Translations under genes and position numbers: made by a program
Part shown: positions 13,831-28,115 of the stretch, piece by piece
Layout: each line of letters starts with the position of its first letter
How positions within the stretch are numbered: position 1 is the stretch's first letter
From: Octopus vulgaris
Lineage: Eukaryota
Length of the DNA stretch: 64,000 bases
NCBI GenBank assembly: GCA_951406725.2
Contig: OX597819.1
Span: 119,288,001-119,352,000 of the forward strand
Reading direction: 5' to 3'
Notes under the pieces: generated by a model
What the model saw: the letters and a program-made list of their open reading frames with translations, nothing else
The model's database searches: none
Told to the model about the DNA's origin: nothing

Positions 13831-14487
13831 AGTATCGTTAGACTATAAGTTACGTACGTAATCAGTGTAAAAATATATTTTAGAGTGTTAGCAGGAATAC
13901 CATAGGTGAGTGATAGAATCGTTAGAAATGTGGATCTAATGCAATCGTCAAGGAAGTTACTGGTTTTTACGTTGTGTAGTAATATCCTAACAGTGTATGG
14001 TTTACATTTTTAGCATTTGTCCAGAAAGTAAAATATCAGTCATGTATTGGTGTCTATGTATTAACCTGAATTTGAAGCATTGTTGAAAATCAATAAAATT
14101 CAAGTTTGCTCATTTTAATTTAAAATATATTTATTATTTTCTCTCTTTATTTTAAAATGCCATTAATATGAAACTAAATTAAGGCCGATAATCAATGTAA
14201 AAATATTACTTGGAAATGTGATACTCAATGGTGACTGATTTAGAGAGAAAGAAACGGAAAAATAGATATGTCTTGATTTTATTAGTGTTTGTCAATTATA
14301 TAAAATGTCTGGAATTTAAAATTAAAGAGTGAAAAATGTGAAATTAAAAAAGGTAGGCTGAATTGAAAATTGAAAAAACTTTGTTCTTCAAAAGTAGAAG
14401 TAAATAACAATAAAATATTTTTGTCAAATATATTTTACTACTGAAGCTTATTTCTTTGTACATTAAAGATATTTATGTAAGACAGCC

Positions 14488-14508
14488 ATTATTATTATTA
14501 TTATTATC

Positions 14509-14572
<64 letters not shown>
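14488..14572. repeat. (ATT)n microsatellite
   Basis: Direct observation; similar tracts at ~14912-14960, 47265-47370 and 60896-61095. Confidence 0.95.
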
Positions 14573-14573
<1 letters not shown>

Positions 14574-14915
14574 AATATTGTGTAAGTCAACAACATTTAA
14601 TGGCGTAAAAGTCAACAACATATTTAAGTATTTGGCTATTTCGTAGCAATGGCACCATGCAATCTTGTAACAATTTTAGTAAAATGTTTTATATTAGTAT
14701 TCTTTAACTGTTTATTTTGCACATTAAAATCGACTAACATAAAATTAAATGAGGCACTGAAAAGTTAGAAATAAAACTGGTTAATTTCCCCACTGACCAA
14801 CAGCATGAAAATGATACACGGAATTTAAGCAATTTTGCGCAATTATTGTCGACAGTAAAAATAAAAAAGTGTTTTATAAATCACATAAACATCAACATGT
14901 TTGCAAGCGTTATTA

Positions 14916-14960
<45 letters not shown>

Positions 14961-15569
14961 ACAGTAATGCGTGGTTTGTTCAAATTGCTCACACTTGAAT
15001 CCGCTATTTCAACGTAATGCATTGATTTGTCAAAACTGGCATTTCTGTTATTTCTAATTTATTTGTGAAGAGTTCATTTGATAGGCTTGCTCTCGTGCAC
15101 AACGATGATACATGGTGCAATCATAATATTAATTAAAATCGATGCATTATGAAATGTAGCAGTGGGAAGATCAGGGTAAATCCGACCTAGAAACAAGATT
15201 GATATTCATCTCTTCGAGCTGCAAAATGATAGGCATTGAAGAACATTACAAATATCCGAGCGCACAGTAACATTGTTTCCATACTAAAATGTAAACATCA
15301 AATGAAATTCTGTGACTCGGAAATTATGAATGAAATCACGATATCTCTTCCTTGGTATCAATAGTTTGAAAGTTTTGCCGAAATCTTACTTGGTAAAGAA
15401 TTCTATTGAACATGGTGTTTCAGTTTCCTTGCTCAATACTGGATTAACGAAATTTCAAGATGAATACTGCAATGTGTTTAATGAGCCGTTGCGTCGGTTA
15501 GTAGGGGCATGTTCGAATTTTGTTTTGGACTTAATATTTTCCGAATCATCGGTAAACGTATACTCTATA

Positions 15570-15918
15570 CTCTATTCTCTATTACTTGTTTCAGTCATTT
15601 GACTGCGGCCATGCTGGAGCACAGTCTTTAATCGAGCAACTCGACCCCGGGACTTATTCTCTTGTAAGCCCAGCACTTATTCTATCGGCTGTCAAGCAAT
15701 GCTAGGGAGACAAACACAGACACACAAACATAGACACGCATACATATATAGACATATATACGACGGGCTTGTTTCAGTTTCCGTCTACCAAATCCACTCA
15801 CAAGGCTTTGGTCGGCCCGAGGCTATACTAGAAAACACTTGCCCAAGGTGCCACGCAGTGGGAAGGAACCCGGAAACATGTGGTTGGTAAACAAGCTACT
15901 TACTACACAGCCACGCCT
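15570..15918 (-). mobile_element. SINE family A
   Basis: Tail-to-head match to family A with an internal deletion. Confidence 0.9.
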
Positions 15919-18209
15919 GAAAATGTTAATAAAAAGAAACATTAAATCCATTATTACTTATTACTTAAATAGCAGAGCGTGTTTGTGCAGCAATTCATTT
16001 CTATTGCAAAGATTACTGTTGTCTTGGATGTTATTACTTCTGATAAAATGTATTTCCAGCACATCGCCCTAGTCCAGTATATCTTGATTCTGGTCAGTAT
16101 ATCGAAATACTTAATGACTCCAAATTAACCTGCATTTACAAATCACCGCAAAATCATTTAGTGACATCTTCTAACAATTTATTCCCTTGCACCAACATCA
16201 ACGAGAAACTTTGATGATATTATCATAGAGAGAACATGCTCTCTATAATATGACTGATTTGAAGCAGGACACCGAGAGAAGTACTCGGCAACACAATTTT
16301 GTTATGTAAACTGTACAGAAGAATCTACGGCAGATGAAACGCACTCAATAGTGACGATGGAATTGATAGATCCTGGATTTCTGTATTTAGGCGTAATCAG
16401 TATGAGGTACGCACAATCAAGGAAACGATTTGATTAATTTCACTTTTACTGATGCAGAAAAAAGAGAAGCAAAGATTAAGAAGTAATTGTGGTTGCAAAC
16501 AGCTGGAGTACTGGGTAGACGAAGAGAGATAGAAATCTATAAAATCCCACAGACGTATACACATATATATCTTTTCTATATATTCAAAATGATTTGGGAG
16601 CCTTTCCGGAATAAGTATCAGTTATTTCCTACAGCACACACTATACAATTTCGTGGGATCAAAGTCATTTTGCTTAGTGCTCATTTTATTAATCATATTG
16701 TATCGAACTGTAGAGAGATATGTGCAAAACCGTAATGCAGCACTTGAAATTCGGGTATCCGAAAGTAAATCGATACCCCGCCACCTTTGTTTATAGAATG
16801 CTGAAGTGGTAATGAGAACATTTCAAGTGTAAGTTTCCGTATATTTCTAATTAAAATGATTAATATTCATTGTTTTGTGAAAAGACTCCCTCCAGCTAAT
16901 AATATTTATTAGTAAAATTTATTGTCAAGCTTCAAGTATTATCTGTCAAAGTAGAAGCAAACGTAAAATATTTGCAACCAAAAATCGATAAAAATAAACT
17001 TAAAAACAAACACTATTTCATCTTCAAGATGTGTCAATATCATTTACAGGCTGAACTGCTGCTAAATAACTATAGTATTTTTTCCATTTGTTCCGAGTGA
17101 ATGTGAGTACACAGGATTTGGATCATTAAATAAACACTTGAAATCAATTCTGTTTCACGTGAACAAGTTAATTCCAAATGCAAAACAACACATAAGTGAA
17201 TTTAATTTAAAACGGCATACACTTTCTATTATACATTGAATGCTTCCAGTATTTGATTTCAAGTATGGTGTAGGAGATTATAAACATACTTATCATCTTC
17301 CTCTTTCACATTTCATTCGTTTTCAATCATTTCGTTTTGATTTTAATAACCGGTACAAAGATATGAGCAGAAACATCCTGGCCATTGAATCGAATTTAAA
17401 TGCAATCATGAATTGTGTGTTAATTAGAGTTGTCTTTATTTTAATTTCATTAATTTCAGATATTTAAAAGAGAAATATATTTAAATGTTATTGATTAGTT
17501 TATCCTTAATTTGAATGCATTTTAAACCTTGACGTCATTATTGCCTTTAAATTACATTATTGTTTCATTTTCTCTTATATAAGATTAAATTCTGATAGAC
17601 ACATTATAATCGGGAAACAACAACTTAAGTAAAAATTCTAAGAAGGGAATTGTTGTACATGAAGAAATGCCAATAATATTCGACATAATGAATTTTTTAG
17701 CTATTATTTATAATTTTCTTTAATTATAATGGTAATCACAATAATAACAATAATGGTAATTCCTAGAATTACATCATCGCATTTAGAACGATATATATCT
17801 CACAGTTTATTCAGAAAGACTATATTATCTTATACATCTATTCATATTAATTGTAACAAATAGAGTATATGACGCAAGGCTAGGACATTTGAAATGTCCC
17901 GGTATTGCCTGACGCTTCTCAGAGATAGATATTATTATAGTCATAACGATAAAGTAATTGGACGAAAGGGGAAAAAATCTCCAGCTTACAGAATACATGA
18001 AAATATCCGATTGTTCCTTAATTATCGTTGACTATGATTAACTGTGAAATATTCTAATTACACATTCCATTTTAGAGATGTAATTTTGGAAACAGCATTT
18101 TCATTATTAGATTATTCTTTCGTTTGAAAATACCTACAATAATGTTTTATTGATTGTGAGAAATATGTACTTTATACCAATGTGGACTGCGGTTAGTAAG
18201 AACATCGCA

Positions 18210-18452
18210 TAGCGCGTGGCCTAGTGGTTACGGTGTCAGCATCATGATCGTAAGATTGTGGTTTCGATTCTTGGACCGGGCGACGCGTTTTGTTCTTGAA
18301 AAAACAACTTCATTTCACGTTGCTCCAGTCCACTCAGCTGGCAAAAATGTGTAACTCTGCGATGGACTGGCGTCCCGTCCAGCTGACAAATACATACGCC
18401 ATTGAAACTGAGAAACGGGGCCCATGACCCTGGTTAGGCTTTAAAAGGGCGA
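18210..18452 (+). mobile_element. SINE family B-related subfamily
   Basis: GCGCGTGGCCTAGTGGTTA...GGTTTCGATTC...GCGATGGACTGGCGTCCCGTCCAG; closely matches 60255-60499. Confidence 0.8.
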
Positions 18453-18819
18453 ATTTATTATTTTCAGTTAATTAATATGAATAAATGAAATTTGTAACAT
18501 ATTGTTTTTAACTGATATAGTTGCTACATAAATGCTACAGCTCATCTTTATCTCCAGCTGATTATATGGTCTCGATAACAAAATATAGCTGTATATCGTT
18601 TTACATAACAGCAAGCCGGGTAAAAAATCGTTTGTTGATAACGTTTCTAAAGGTACCTAGTTGCTTGGCTACAGCATCTATATTAAAACAAGATACTTCG
18701 CAATATTTGACATACGCATAACATTAACAGTGACTGAAAACGAAAATCGACAAGGGGCGAATATTATGTGCAAAGATGTTAGTCCTGCTCATTATAAACA
18801 AACAATTCAATTACCTTGT

Positions 18820-19213
18820 TCTTTTACTCTTTTATTTCTTTCAGTCATTTAACTGCGGCCATGCTGGAGCACCGCCTTGAGTCGAGCAAATACACCCCAT
18901 AGTATATACTTTGTTAGCTTAGTACTTATTCTATCCGTTTATTTTGCCAAACCGTTACGTTAGAAGTACGTAAGCACACCAGCATCGGTTGTCAAGCGAT
19001 ATGGGTGGGGGCAAACACAGACTCACAAACATATACACACATTCACATGTACATATATATACATATACGACAGTCTTTTTCCAGTTTCCGTCTCACAAGG
19101 TTTTGGTCGGTTATAGTAGAAGACACTTGTCCAAGGTGCCACGCAGTGGGACGGAACCCGGGACGTTGTGGTTGGTAAGGAAGCTACTTACCACACAGCC
19201 ACTCCTGCACCTA
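18820..19213 (-). mobile_element. SINE family A
   Basis: Full head-to-tail match. Confidence 0.88.
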
Positions 19214-19349
19214 TTCTTTTATTAAAAAGAAATATTTTGGAAAATGCACACCGAAATAGAACAAATGCGAGTGTCAAACTGGAAATAGGAGAAAGAAGGA
19301 AAAGAAAAAAAAGAAAAAACGAAATGGAAAGGGTAGGAGGAAAAGAAGA

Positions 19350-19350
19350 T

Positions 19351-19428
<78 letters not shown>

Positions 19429-19575
19429 TAGTAGTAGTAGTAGGAGGAGGAGGAGGAGAAGGAGGTGGAGGAGGAGGAGGAGAAGGAGGTGGAGGAGGAG
19501 GAGGAGTAGTAGTAGTAGAAGAAGAAGAAGAAGAAGAAGAAGAAGAAGAGGAACAAGAACAAGAACAAGAAGAGG
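19350..19575. repeat. Compound (TAG)n/(GAG)n/(GAA)n microsatellite
   Basis: Direct observation. Confidence 0.95.
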
Positions 19576-20699
19576 GCAATATATGAGCAGCAGTAAATTA
19601 TTATAGAAAACTTACACGACATAAATCAATAATCCTTCTTTGTTACATATATAAATAATAATGATAATAATAATAATAACAACAACAACAATAATGGCCG
19701 ACATTAACATGTTTATTATACCCTAGAGGAAGTTTAATGGATCTTATATACTTATTGTAACAAGCAAATGTATAAAGACCCAATAAAATGATGCAGATTA
19801 CGTATAATAAAAATAAGTATATATTCGATATCCCAAATGCAGAGCAAAAAGAATCCCATTTAAATGGATAGCTGATTAGAATATAAATTGTTGTGAATAA
19901 AATTTCAGCATACATTCAGAAACAAAGTTATTGTTTTCATTTTACCATAGTATTTCTCATGGTTGGCATTGTGTCAGAGTCTTATGCAACATACGTAGTT
20001 TGAAATGTACAGACATTACTGGTATATATGTTATCGCTCACAGCAGAATATAACGTAAACGAGAGCAAATTCAAGTAGATGATGCATATACAAGGTACAC
20101 ATATATTTACATACAAGTGTACGATTAGAAATTCGAAGTTGTAGAAAATTTAATATTGAATAATAATAGTGTCTATCAAATTGACATAATAGAATCCGGT
20201 GTATATATGTAATAAAGATTTCACTACCTGACAAATATTATTTCCGAATGGAAAAAAATAATCCGAACGAAATATGACTTCAGATTTCTCAAGATTCATT
20301 ACACTTGAATTAAGAATTGTTGTTTCCGGTAGCAGGTTAGATGTTTCCTTCAACACAGCATTGGAATATTCTAGAGGAAATATGACACTAAAGAAACTGA
20401 AAGAGAAGAAGAAACCTTTTTCCGATACAGTGTATATGCGAAAACTTTATTCGTATTGACGTCAGTGAAATACGATACAACTCGTTGTACTTGCGTCAGA
20501 TGGAATTTTATAATTATTGGATTATTAATGATATGTGATATATAAGTTGGATACGAATCGTAGGTGGGGAAGATGGTTGTGATATGGTGGAAGGCGTATC
20601 GGCAGCGAGAAAACATACCAAAAGCAAAATGTTGCAATTAACAATGCTACACAAACATATTATGCGCTAACACACACAAAATTACGGGGATCCGACACC

Positions 20700-20772
<73 letters not shown>

Positions 20773-20773
20773 A

Positions 20774-20828
<55 letters not shown>

Positions 20829-20845
20829 TTATCTATCTATCTATA
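20700..20845. repeat. (CTAT)n microsatellite
   Basis: Direct observation; similar tract at ~62658-62770. Confidence 0.95.
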
Positions 20846-20904
20846 TGTATATCCGTATATATATATATATATGTATGTACGTGTGTTTTATCTCTCTATC
20901 TCTA

Positions 20905-20974
<70 letters not shown>

Positions 20975-21115
20975 TGTATGTATGCGTGTACGTGAGTATG
21001 GATGTTGTGTGTGTATGTATGAATATTCATGTATATACACAGATATGTATATAGATATACACACATAGAGCAAAAGCTATTTATCTATCTATCTGTATAT
21101 GTGAATGTCTCTCTC

Positions 21116-21185
<70 letters not shown>

Positions 21186-22144
21186 CGTATGAGTGTGTAT
21201 ACATATGTATATAAGTATTATGTTGTGTGTATGTGTGTGTCTGAAAAAGCTATTAAGCATGGACAGAGACACGATCCGCAGACACAGGCACACACACTAT
21301 ATTTACATTTATAGTTCGCTTAGCCACAGCGATAGTAATAAACTGGTGTTAGGACTCAATATGCATATGCTTCAGAAATGTCAGTATATGGACAGTTTTA
21401 CGACTTCATAAAAAGGCCTTCAGATTCTTGTAATTTGTTTCTTTAGATTTTGGATTCTGCCATTTCTTATTAGCCTCCATTTCTTTTTCTCTGCAGTTTT
21501 ACGTGTATGTTCAGTTATATGTACACTATTTATTAATATACATATTCTGATTAAATCTTGTATATGCGCATACATAATAATTTGTACGGACGTTCGCGAT
21601 ACGCCTGTCTTTAGAAATACGCGTGCACACACACAAGAAAACACACATATATGTACAGAAATAAATCAGGTTACGGAAATATCAGTTTGCTAGAAATAGG
21701 AGTAAACACTCTGAAACCACAAATTCCTCACTCTTAAGAAACACACAAGCTGAATGTAACGAATATAATAAAAAATAGGCCTGACCATTGGTATAAACCA
21801 CAAAGCAAGAACTGATATCTTGGTATCAACTGATTTCACCTTTTGTGCGATAGCACATAAGGATCATCTCCAAGCTTACTGTATTCATGTATTTTTCAGA
21901 ATATTTATTCCATTAAACACTAATTTATTTGTATATTTTGCATATTGAGGTTAAACCTGCTGGTCAGCTTATTATTAATAATAATGGTAATAATATTTTA
22001 TTAAATTATATATATATATATATATATATAAATTAATATTCAATATGTATTTTCACCTTTTTTCTTCTTACTTTCCCTATATATTTTCCACGTGTAGTTT
22101 CTTTTTTTTTTAAACATATTTCTATAATATATATATATGTGTGT

Positions 22145-22310
22145 GTGTACAGTTGGAATTTACAAACAAAACAAACAAAACAAATGACGAAGGTGGCTGT
22201 GTAAACAAAAAACAGGTATATTAGTTTAATGCGCCGGAGGTGAGAAAGTCTTTTACGTTTCGAGCCTGCGCTCTGCAGCAGAAAGGAACACATATATAAA
22301 CAGTGAGCGA
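22145..22310 (-). mobile_element. PLE-type terminal repeat with degenerate HHR (22250-22285)
   Basis: Minus: CTTT CTGCTGC A GAGC-GCAG-GCTC GAAAC GTA AAAG. Second family copy at 34025-34210. Confidence 0.6.
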
Positions 22311-22449
22311 AAATAAAAAGATAGAGAAAATATATAAGAATTAAAATAAAACCTCAAATTAAGCAATCAGCATTTTTTTTTACATAGCCATACATAGTTA
22401 CAAATCTAATTTTAAAAATATATATTAATACATATCAACATACAAAAAG

Positions 22450-22824
22450 AAGTGCTTGTGTGGTAAGTACCTCGGAGTGTCTGATTCGGCAACTGGCGGG
22501 TCCTCGATCGTTCTGTCCCTGCGACTGCGGACAATCTGCGGCAAACAAGATGTTTCCACATGCGGGATTGTTGGGGACCGCTTGTGAAATTCACATATTC
22601 CCACTAAACTTCTTCCAAAAAGAAGCCGATTCAACCCGCCCAGGCTGAATGTCGCCACAAGTTCAAGTATGTAGCTTGCTTATGAACCACATGGTTCTGG
22701 GTTCAGTCCCACTGCGTGCCAACTTGGGCAAGTGTCTTCTGCTATAGCCTCGAGTCGACCAAATCGTTGTGAGTGGATTGGAGAGGAAACTGAAAGAAGC
22801 CCTTCGTATATATGTATATATATA

Positions 22825-22855
<31 letters not shown>

Positions 22856-23075
22856 GTGTGTGTGTGTCTGTGTTTGTACTTCTAACTTCACTTGGCAACC
22901 GATGCTGGTGCGTTTACGTCCCTGTAATTTAGCGGTTCTGCAAAAGAGACCGATAGAATAAGTACTAGGTTTACAAAGATTAAATCCTGTTGTCGATTTG
23001 CTCAACTAAAAACGGTGCTCCAGCATGGCCACAGTCAAGTGACTGAAACAAATAAAGGAGAGTAAAAGAGAGTAC
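22450..23075 (+). mobile_element. SINE family A with ~200-bp insertion in its head (22470-22670)
   Basis: GTGTGGTAAGTA | insert | GTAGCTTGCTTATGAACC; the remainder matches family A. Confidence 0.85.
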
Positions 23076-23390
23076 ATATTTTTACTTTATTCATAGTGTT
23101 TTTCCACACACCTACAACACAATAAAATTGCGCTACTATATGTCGGAGGTTCCGATAAAGCTATTATGTGAAACAAACGCTCAACTATGAGTGCACTCCA
23201 TCTGATAGCGAAACTAGTTGCAAGCTAATTAATTTAATTTACATTTCCTGGAATTGAATTACTTTCTTAATGTACTCCCTCGAACCCTCCCCCTCTATTT
23301 CTCTCTATATTTACATATATATATATATGTATGTGTCTGCCTGTCTGTATGTATGTATATACATACCTATATCTACTTCTCTTTCCATCT

Positions 23391-23432
<42 letters not shown>

Positions 23433-23438
<6 letters not shown>

Positions 23439-23546
23439 TATATAGAAGGAGCTTCTACAGGATTAGTACTGTTTCATTCAAGAGAAATCTTCAGCTCTTG
23501 AATGAAACAGTACTAGTCCTGTAGAAGCTCCTTCTATATAATAAAT
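23433..23546. repeat. 52-bp-arm near-perfect hairpin folded back at an HHR core
   Basis: Arms 23433-23484 and 23495-23546 with one mismatch. Loop AAATCTTCAG contains the reverse complement of CTGAAGA; arms contain GAAAC AGTACTA (G/A)TC. Confidence 0.9.
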
Positions 23547-23612
23547 TAATTTTACTCTGCTATGTATTGAGTACCTTACTTACTGTGGTTAACCCCGAAT
23601 CAACCCGGGACC

Positions 23613-23651
<39 letters not shown>

Positions 23652-23724
23652 ATATGTATGTATATATATATGTATATATATATATGTATATATATATGTA
23701 TATATATATATATGTATGTATATA

Positions 23725-23778
<54 letters not shown>

Positions 23779-24029
23779 AATCTATGTATGTGTGTGTGTA
23801 CAGAGAGAGAAAGAGAGAAAGAGTGTGATAGCGAGAAACAGGTAGATGGGGTAGATTAATTGACAGTTACCTTGTGTGATATTATTTACATAGAGATACA
23901 TTGCTTTTAGAACTTCACGATACGACGCCCTTAATTTAGGGGGTTGCTTCTTAGTTAGAATTATGATTAAAATATCAGAAATGGTGTCCTTCTCATGTTC
24001 ATGAAACTATAAAAACCCGAAGATAAATT

Positions 24030-24247
24030 TTAGTCTTTACTACTCTAGGCATATGGCATGAAATATTTGGGAAAGGGACAAGACGATTAGATCGGCCCCA
24101 GTACGCGACTGGTACTTAATTTATCGACCCCGAAACAATGAAATGCAAAATCAACCTAGGTGGAAATAGAACTCAGAACTTAAAGACAGACGAAATCCCG
24201 CTAAGCATTTCGCCCGTAGTGCTAAAGATTCTGTTAGGTCACCGCCA
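24030..24247 (-). mobile_element. SINE family C (Nin/Deu-domain-like)
   Basis: Minus strand contains TTTCATTGTTTCGGGGTCGATAAATTAAGTACCAG. Confidence 0.65.
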
Positions 24248-24754
24248 CCGAAGACAAATTTAAATGATAATTCTTAACCAGCATACTTACGATTTGCTTT
24301 CCCTTTGCTTTCTACAATAGTTGTCTTCATATCAACCACCCCGTATATCACTCTATATTTTTCCACTCACTATCTATCTCTCTCTACATATATACCCACA
24401 TACATATTTGTAAATATATACATACAGAAATACAAACATACACGCATATACATAACACACATGTGTATATGTGTGTATATATGTGTATCTATGTATGTAT
24501 ATATTTATATAACTAAGGATAAGATCGTTATTTAAATATCGAGCTTTTCAAATGGCAAGCATGGGAATAAAAAACCTCCTAAGTTAATAATTTTTATTAA
24601 AATCTGGGATCTGGAATTATCCAGTAAGATTTTTGCTAGTATATTTTGTCTTTTTGTCTTCTCTCCTGGTGCTGTATGAACTTTTAATGTGGTCTTAGAT
24701 TCAAGTTTTAGCTGCCATTTCAAGCGTGGTAGTATCTCTTAGACATCCTAAATC

Positions 24755-24800
<46 letters not shown>

Positions 24801-25950
24801 AGGCTATCAGATGTTTTATACAATGTGGTTCCGTGTCTTTTAGCTTTCGATTGACGTAATATTCTGGATATATGAGAGGCCATCCTACTTCTTGAACGTA
24901 ATGTTAATCTGTCGCAGTTGTTTAAAATATTTGTTTTTCTGTGTACATCTTTCGTAGTAGGTAAACTACATGTTGAAATATAGTTTACCAAGTAGAATTC
25001 AGTTGATAAACCACGCTACGCTTTTAATCTTATGGCATTTGATCGAAACTCGAGTGTGAAAAATGCTAATCTAAGATCTAGTATAACACCCATCAGACTT
25101 GACCCTCGTTTGGTTTCCAGCGATAAGCAATATTTGCTTAAATGACTTAGCAAATGTGTCTTTCAATTTTGAATCTATATTGTGAGATACTTTGTGAGAA
25201 TATATCTTCCTTATGCTTTGTAGAAGATTGACGAACTAGAAAAGCGTAATTTGACTTCGATGTATTTCATTACAGCATCTTGGTAATTGAACGACAGTTA
25301 CTGAAGAATAAATTGCATTTGAAATTTAGAGAAAGTGGCATTACCATACTCAAGTGTGTTTCCATAATGACATCGAAGAAATTTTATATAGCTTAGTCAA
25401 CGATATTTATCTCTAAACTCAAAGATTCTCAGAAAGATTGTAATAAAGCAAGCATATTATCTTAACTCTTATTTTACATTAACGGCACCAGGATTATCCA
25501 ACATGCCAAGCATATAGCATATTTCCATGCATACATACATATATGCATACATCTATGCATGCATGTATACGTGGATGCATGCATAAACAAAAACATACAT
25601 GGATATCTACTGCATGCACACATACATGCGCATACATGTGTCTAAGTATATGCGTATAATATGCATATGTGCGCTTGGATTTCTTAAGGATTTTGAGCAT
25701 TTGTATGTATATATCGATATCAATGTAGAATGCAATTCTGTTTTAAGTTGAGCCGCGTGTAGTCAAGTATGCATACAATCACGCATTTATACATGCATAA
25801 GTACACACACACGCATATGTATATATATATATATATATGCCTATATATATATGTATATATATATACATATAGATATATAATATACATATACATATATGCC
25901 TATATATATATATATGTATATATATATATACATATAGATATATAATATAC

Positions 25951-25982
<32 letters not shown>

Positions 25983-25985
25983 GTG

Positions 25986-26053
<68 letters not shown>

Positions 26054-27076
26054 TGATTATGTTATTGACCATACGTATTCTCGTTCCTCTACTTCATTGG
26101 CTCCACTAATCGAATTAATATATTTCGCTGAATACGCCATCAGTTTTAACTGTAACACATAGATATTTGTATCAGTTCAGTAAACTGAAGACATCTTTGC
26201 ACGTATTTGATGCATATACGCAGTCAAGCAAATAAATATCTCGCATACTATGATACTTGCCATCACACATACACACACACACACTTATTCATGGAAAATG
26301 GTATATACTATAAAGGATAGATAGGAAGAAAGAGAAATGAAGTGAGAGAGAAATAGAGGGAAGGAGTAACATGTATTACTTAGGTACGGTGGTGTTAGAA
26401 TGAGTTTAAAGTCGATATGTGTTTTCTTCCGAAGTGACATAATTGCAGAAATATTGATATTAAATTTGTGACATGTTCAACGAAGCAGATATATGTAATT
26501 ATTGTAATGTTCAATTCAAATTCCATATATTGCATGCGGGTCACAATGGCAAATAATAAATATTCCATTCGTCGTATAATTATGCCAAAGTGATGTGCAT
26601 ACATACATACATACATACATACATACATACATACATACATACACACAAGAATAAGTATATGTATAAATCCACGCTTAATTATGAATATACATTGTGTATA
26701 TGTATACATATATACACATATGTATATATGTATGTATATATATATACATATGTACGTATATGTATATGCATATATATATGCACATATATATGCATTTATA
26801 TATATATATATACATACGTATATATATATATGTATATATATTACATGTGTATTATATATATAAATATGCATATATATATATATATCTGGGCATGTATACA
26901 TATATATGCATATATATATACATGTATATATACACACACACGCACATAAATACATCTGTCTATCTCTCCTTCTCCCTCTCTATCTATCTATCTATCTATC
27001 TACCTATAAACATATATGTGTGTATATACATACATACATATATATACATATATATACATACATATATATATATATG

Positions 27077-27131
<55 letters not shown>

Positions 27132-27224
27132 GAACGTATCTATTTATATATATACACAATTCTGTGTATGCATGCACTCATGGGCATCTGTGGCTCTGCT
27201 GCTTCAATTTACATCTCTCTCTCA

Positions 27225-27255
<31 letters not shown>

Positions 27256-27715
27256 ACTCTGTCATCTCTCTCTGTCTGTCTCACTTTGTTTTGCTGCTAT
27301 AAATCCTTGGTTCTACATTCAATAGGAATAGAGTAACCTAACTCTCAATGCCTTAAGGTGTTCTGTTTTAATGCTCTACCCATACATGTAGCTTTTAGGA
27401 AGGATATTATTTCAGCAACCTTATTTATGTTTCAGCTACAACAGAAGACACATTTATTATATTTTTGTTATTTTTTTTTATTTCTGATATTTTTTTCTGG
27501 TAGGAATTGAACATAATACTCATTTTTTTGTTTCCATTTTCTAAACGGCAATGTAATCTATTATTCTATAATTACTTTCAGAAACCCCTATAACTAACTA
27601 TTAAGTACTTTCAAAAGCATATTTATCTAACTTAGAATAGTGCATGTTTAATTTCGCATAAGCTATTCACATATGGAAAAAAAGCAAACTAAGTTAAAAC
27701 ATAGATTTTTTTTTC

Positions 27716-28115
27716 TCTAGTTTCAGCTCAGAGCTGCGGCCATGCTGATGCACCGCCGTTTTGTGCTACACTGTTATTGTGAAGAACCTCGTCTAATATG
27801 TGTCACTTGGTGTGGAATGGAGTTTGATATAGCTACTCTCATTTGCACCTCTTGCCGTGAGGTAGGTTCATCTGGGACTCTTGACAGGAAGATGTCCAGC
27901 TTTGATTTAAAAACCGCTACATCTACTTAGTGCAAGTTCCTCAGACTCTTTGGGAGAATATTAAAAAGCTGTGGGCCCTTGAAACCCAGGCTGTTGCAGA
28001 AGCTGGTCCTGAAGCGTGATGGCATTGCTGGGATCTTTGGCACTATGCTGTGTCGTCTCGTGCTAGCATTGGTGTAGCTTACAATGCCAAAATTTGGCAC
28101 AATTCCTTCCAGGAA
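27716..28115 (-). mobile_element. 5'-truncated CR1-group LINE 3' fragment (different family from the 52.5-kb LINE)
   Basis: Translates FLEGIVPNFGI...NSLGFKGPQLFNILPKSLRNLH*VDVAVFKSKLDIFLSRVPDEP, homologous to the C-terminus of ORF2 at 56355-57035; followed by a structured 3' tail. Confidence 0.85.

Noticed and set aside
19188-19622. Extensin/mucin-like Pro-Ser-Thr ORF
   Set aside because: Compound trinucleotide microsatellite without start or splice support.
20035-20100. Candidate micro-exon (CAG...AAG|GTACAC)
   Set aside because: Stop codons in all three frames.
21820-21880. Additional HHR candidates (also ~23200 and ~4480-4515)
   Set aside because: Hairpins are present but the core or stem I is too degraded to call.
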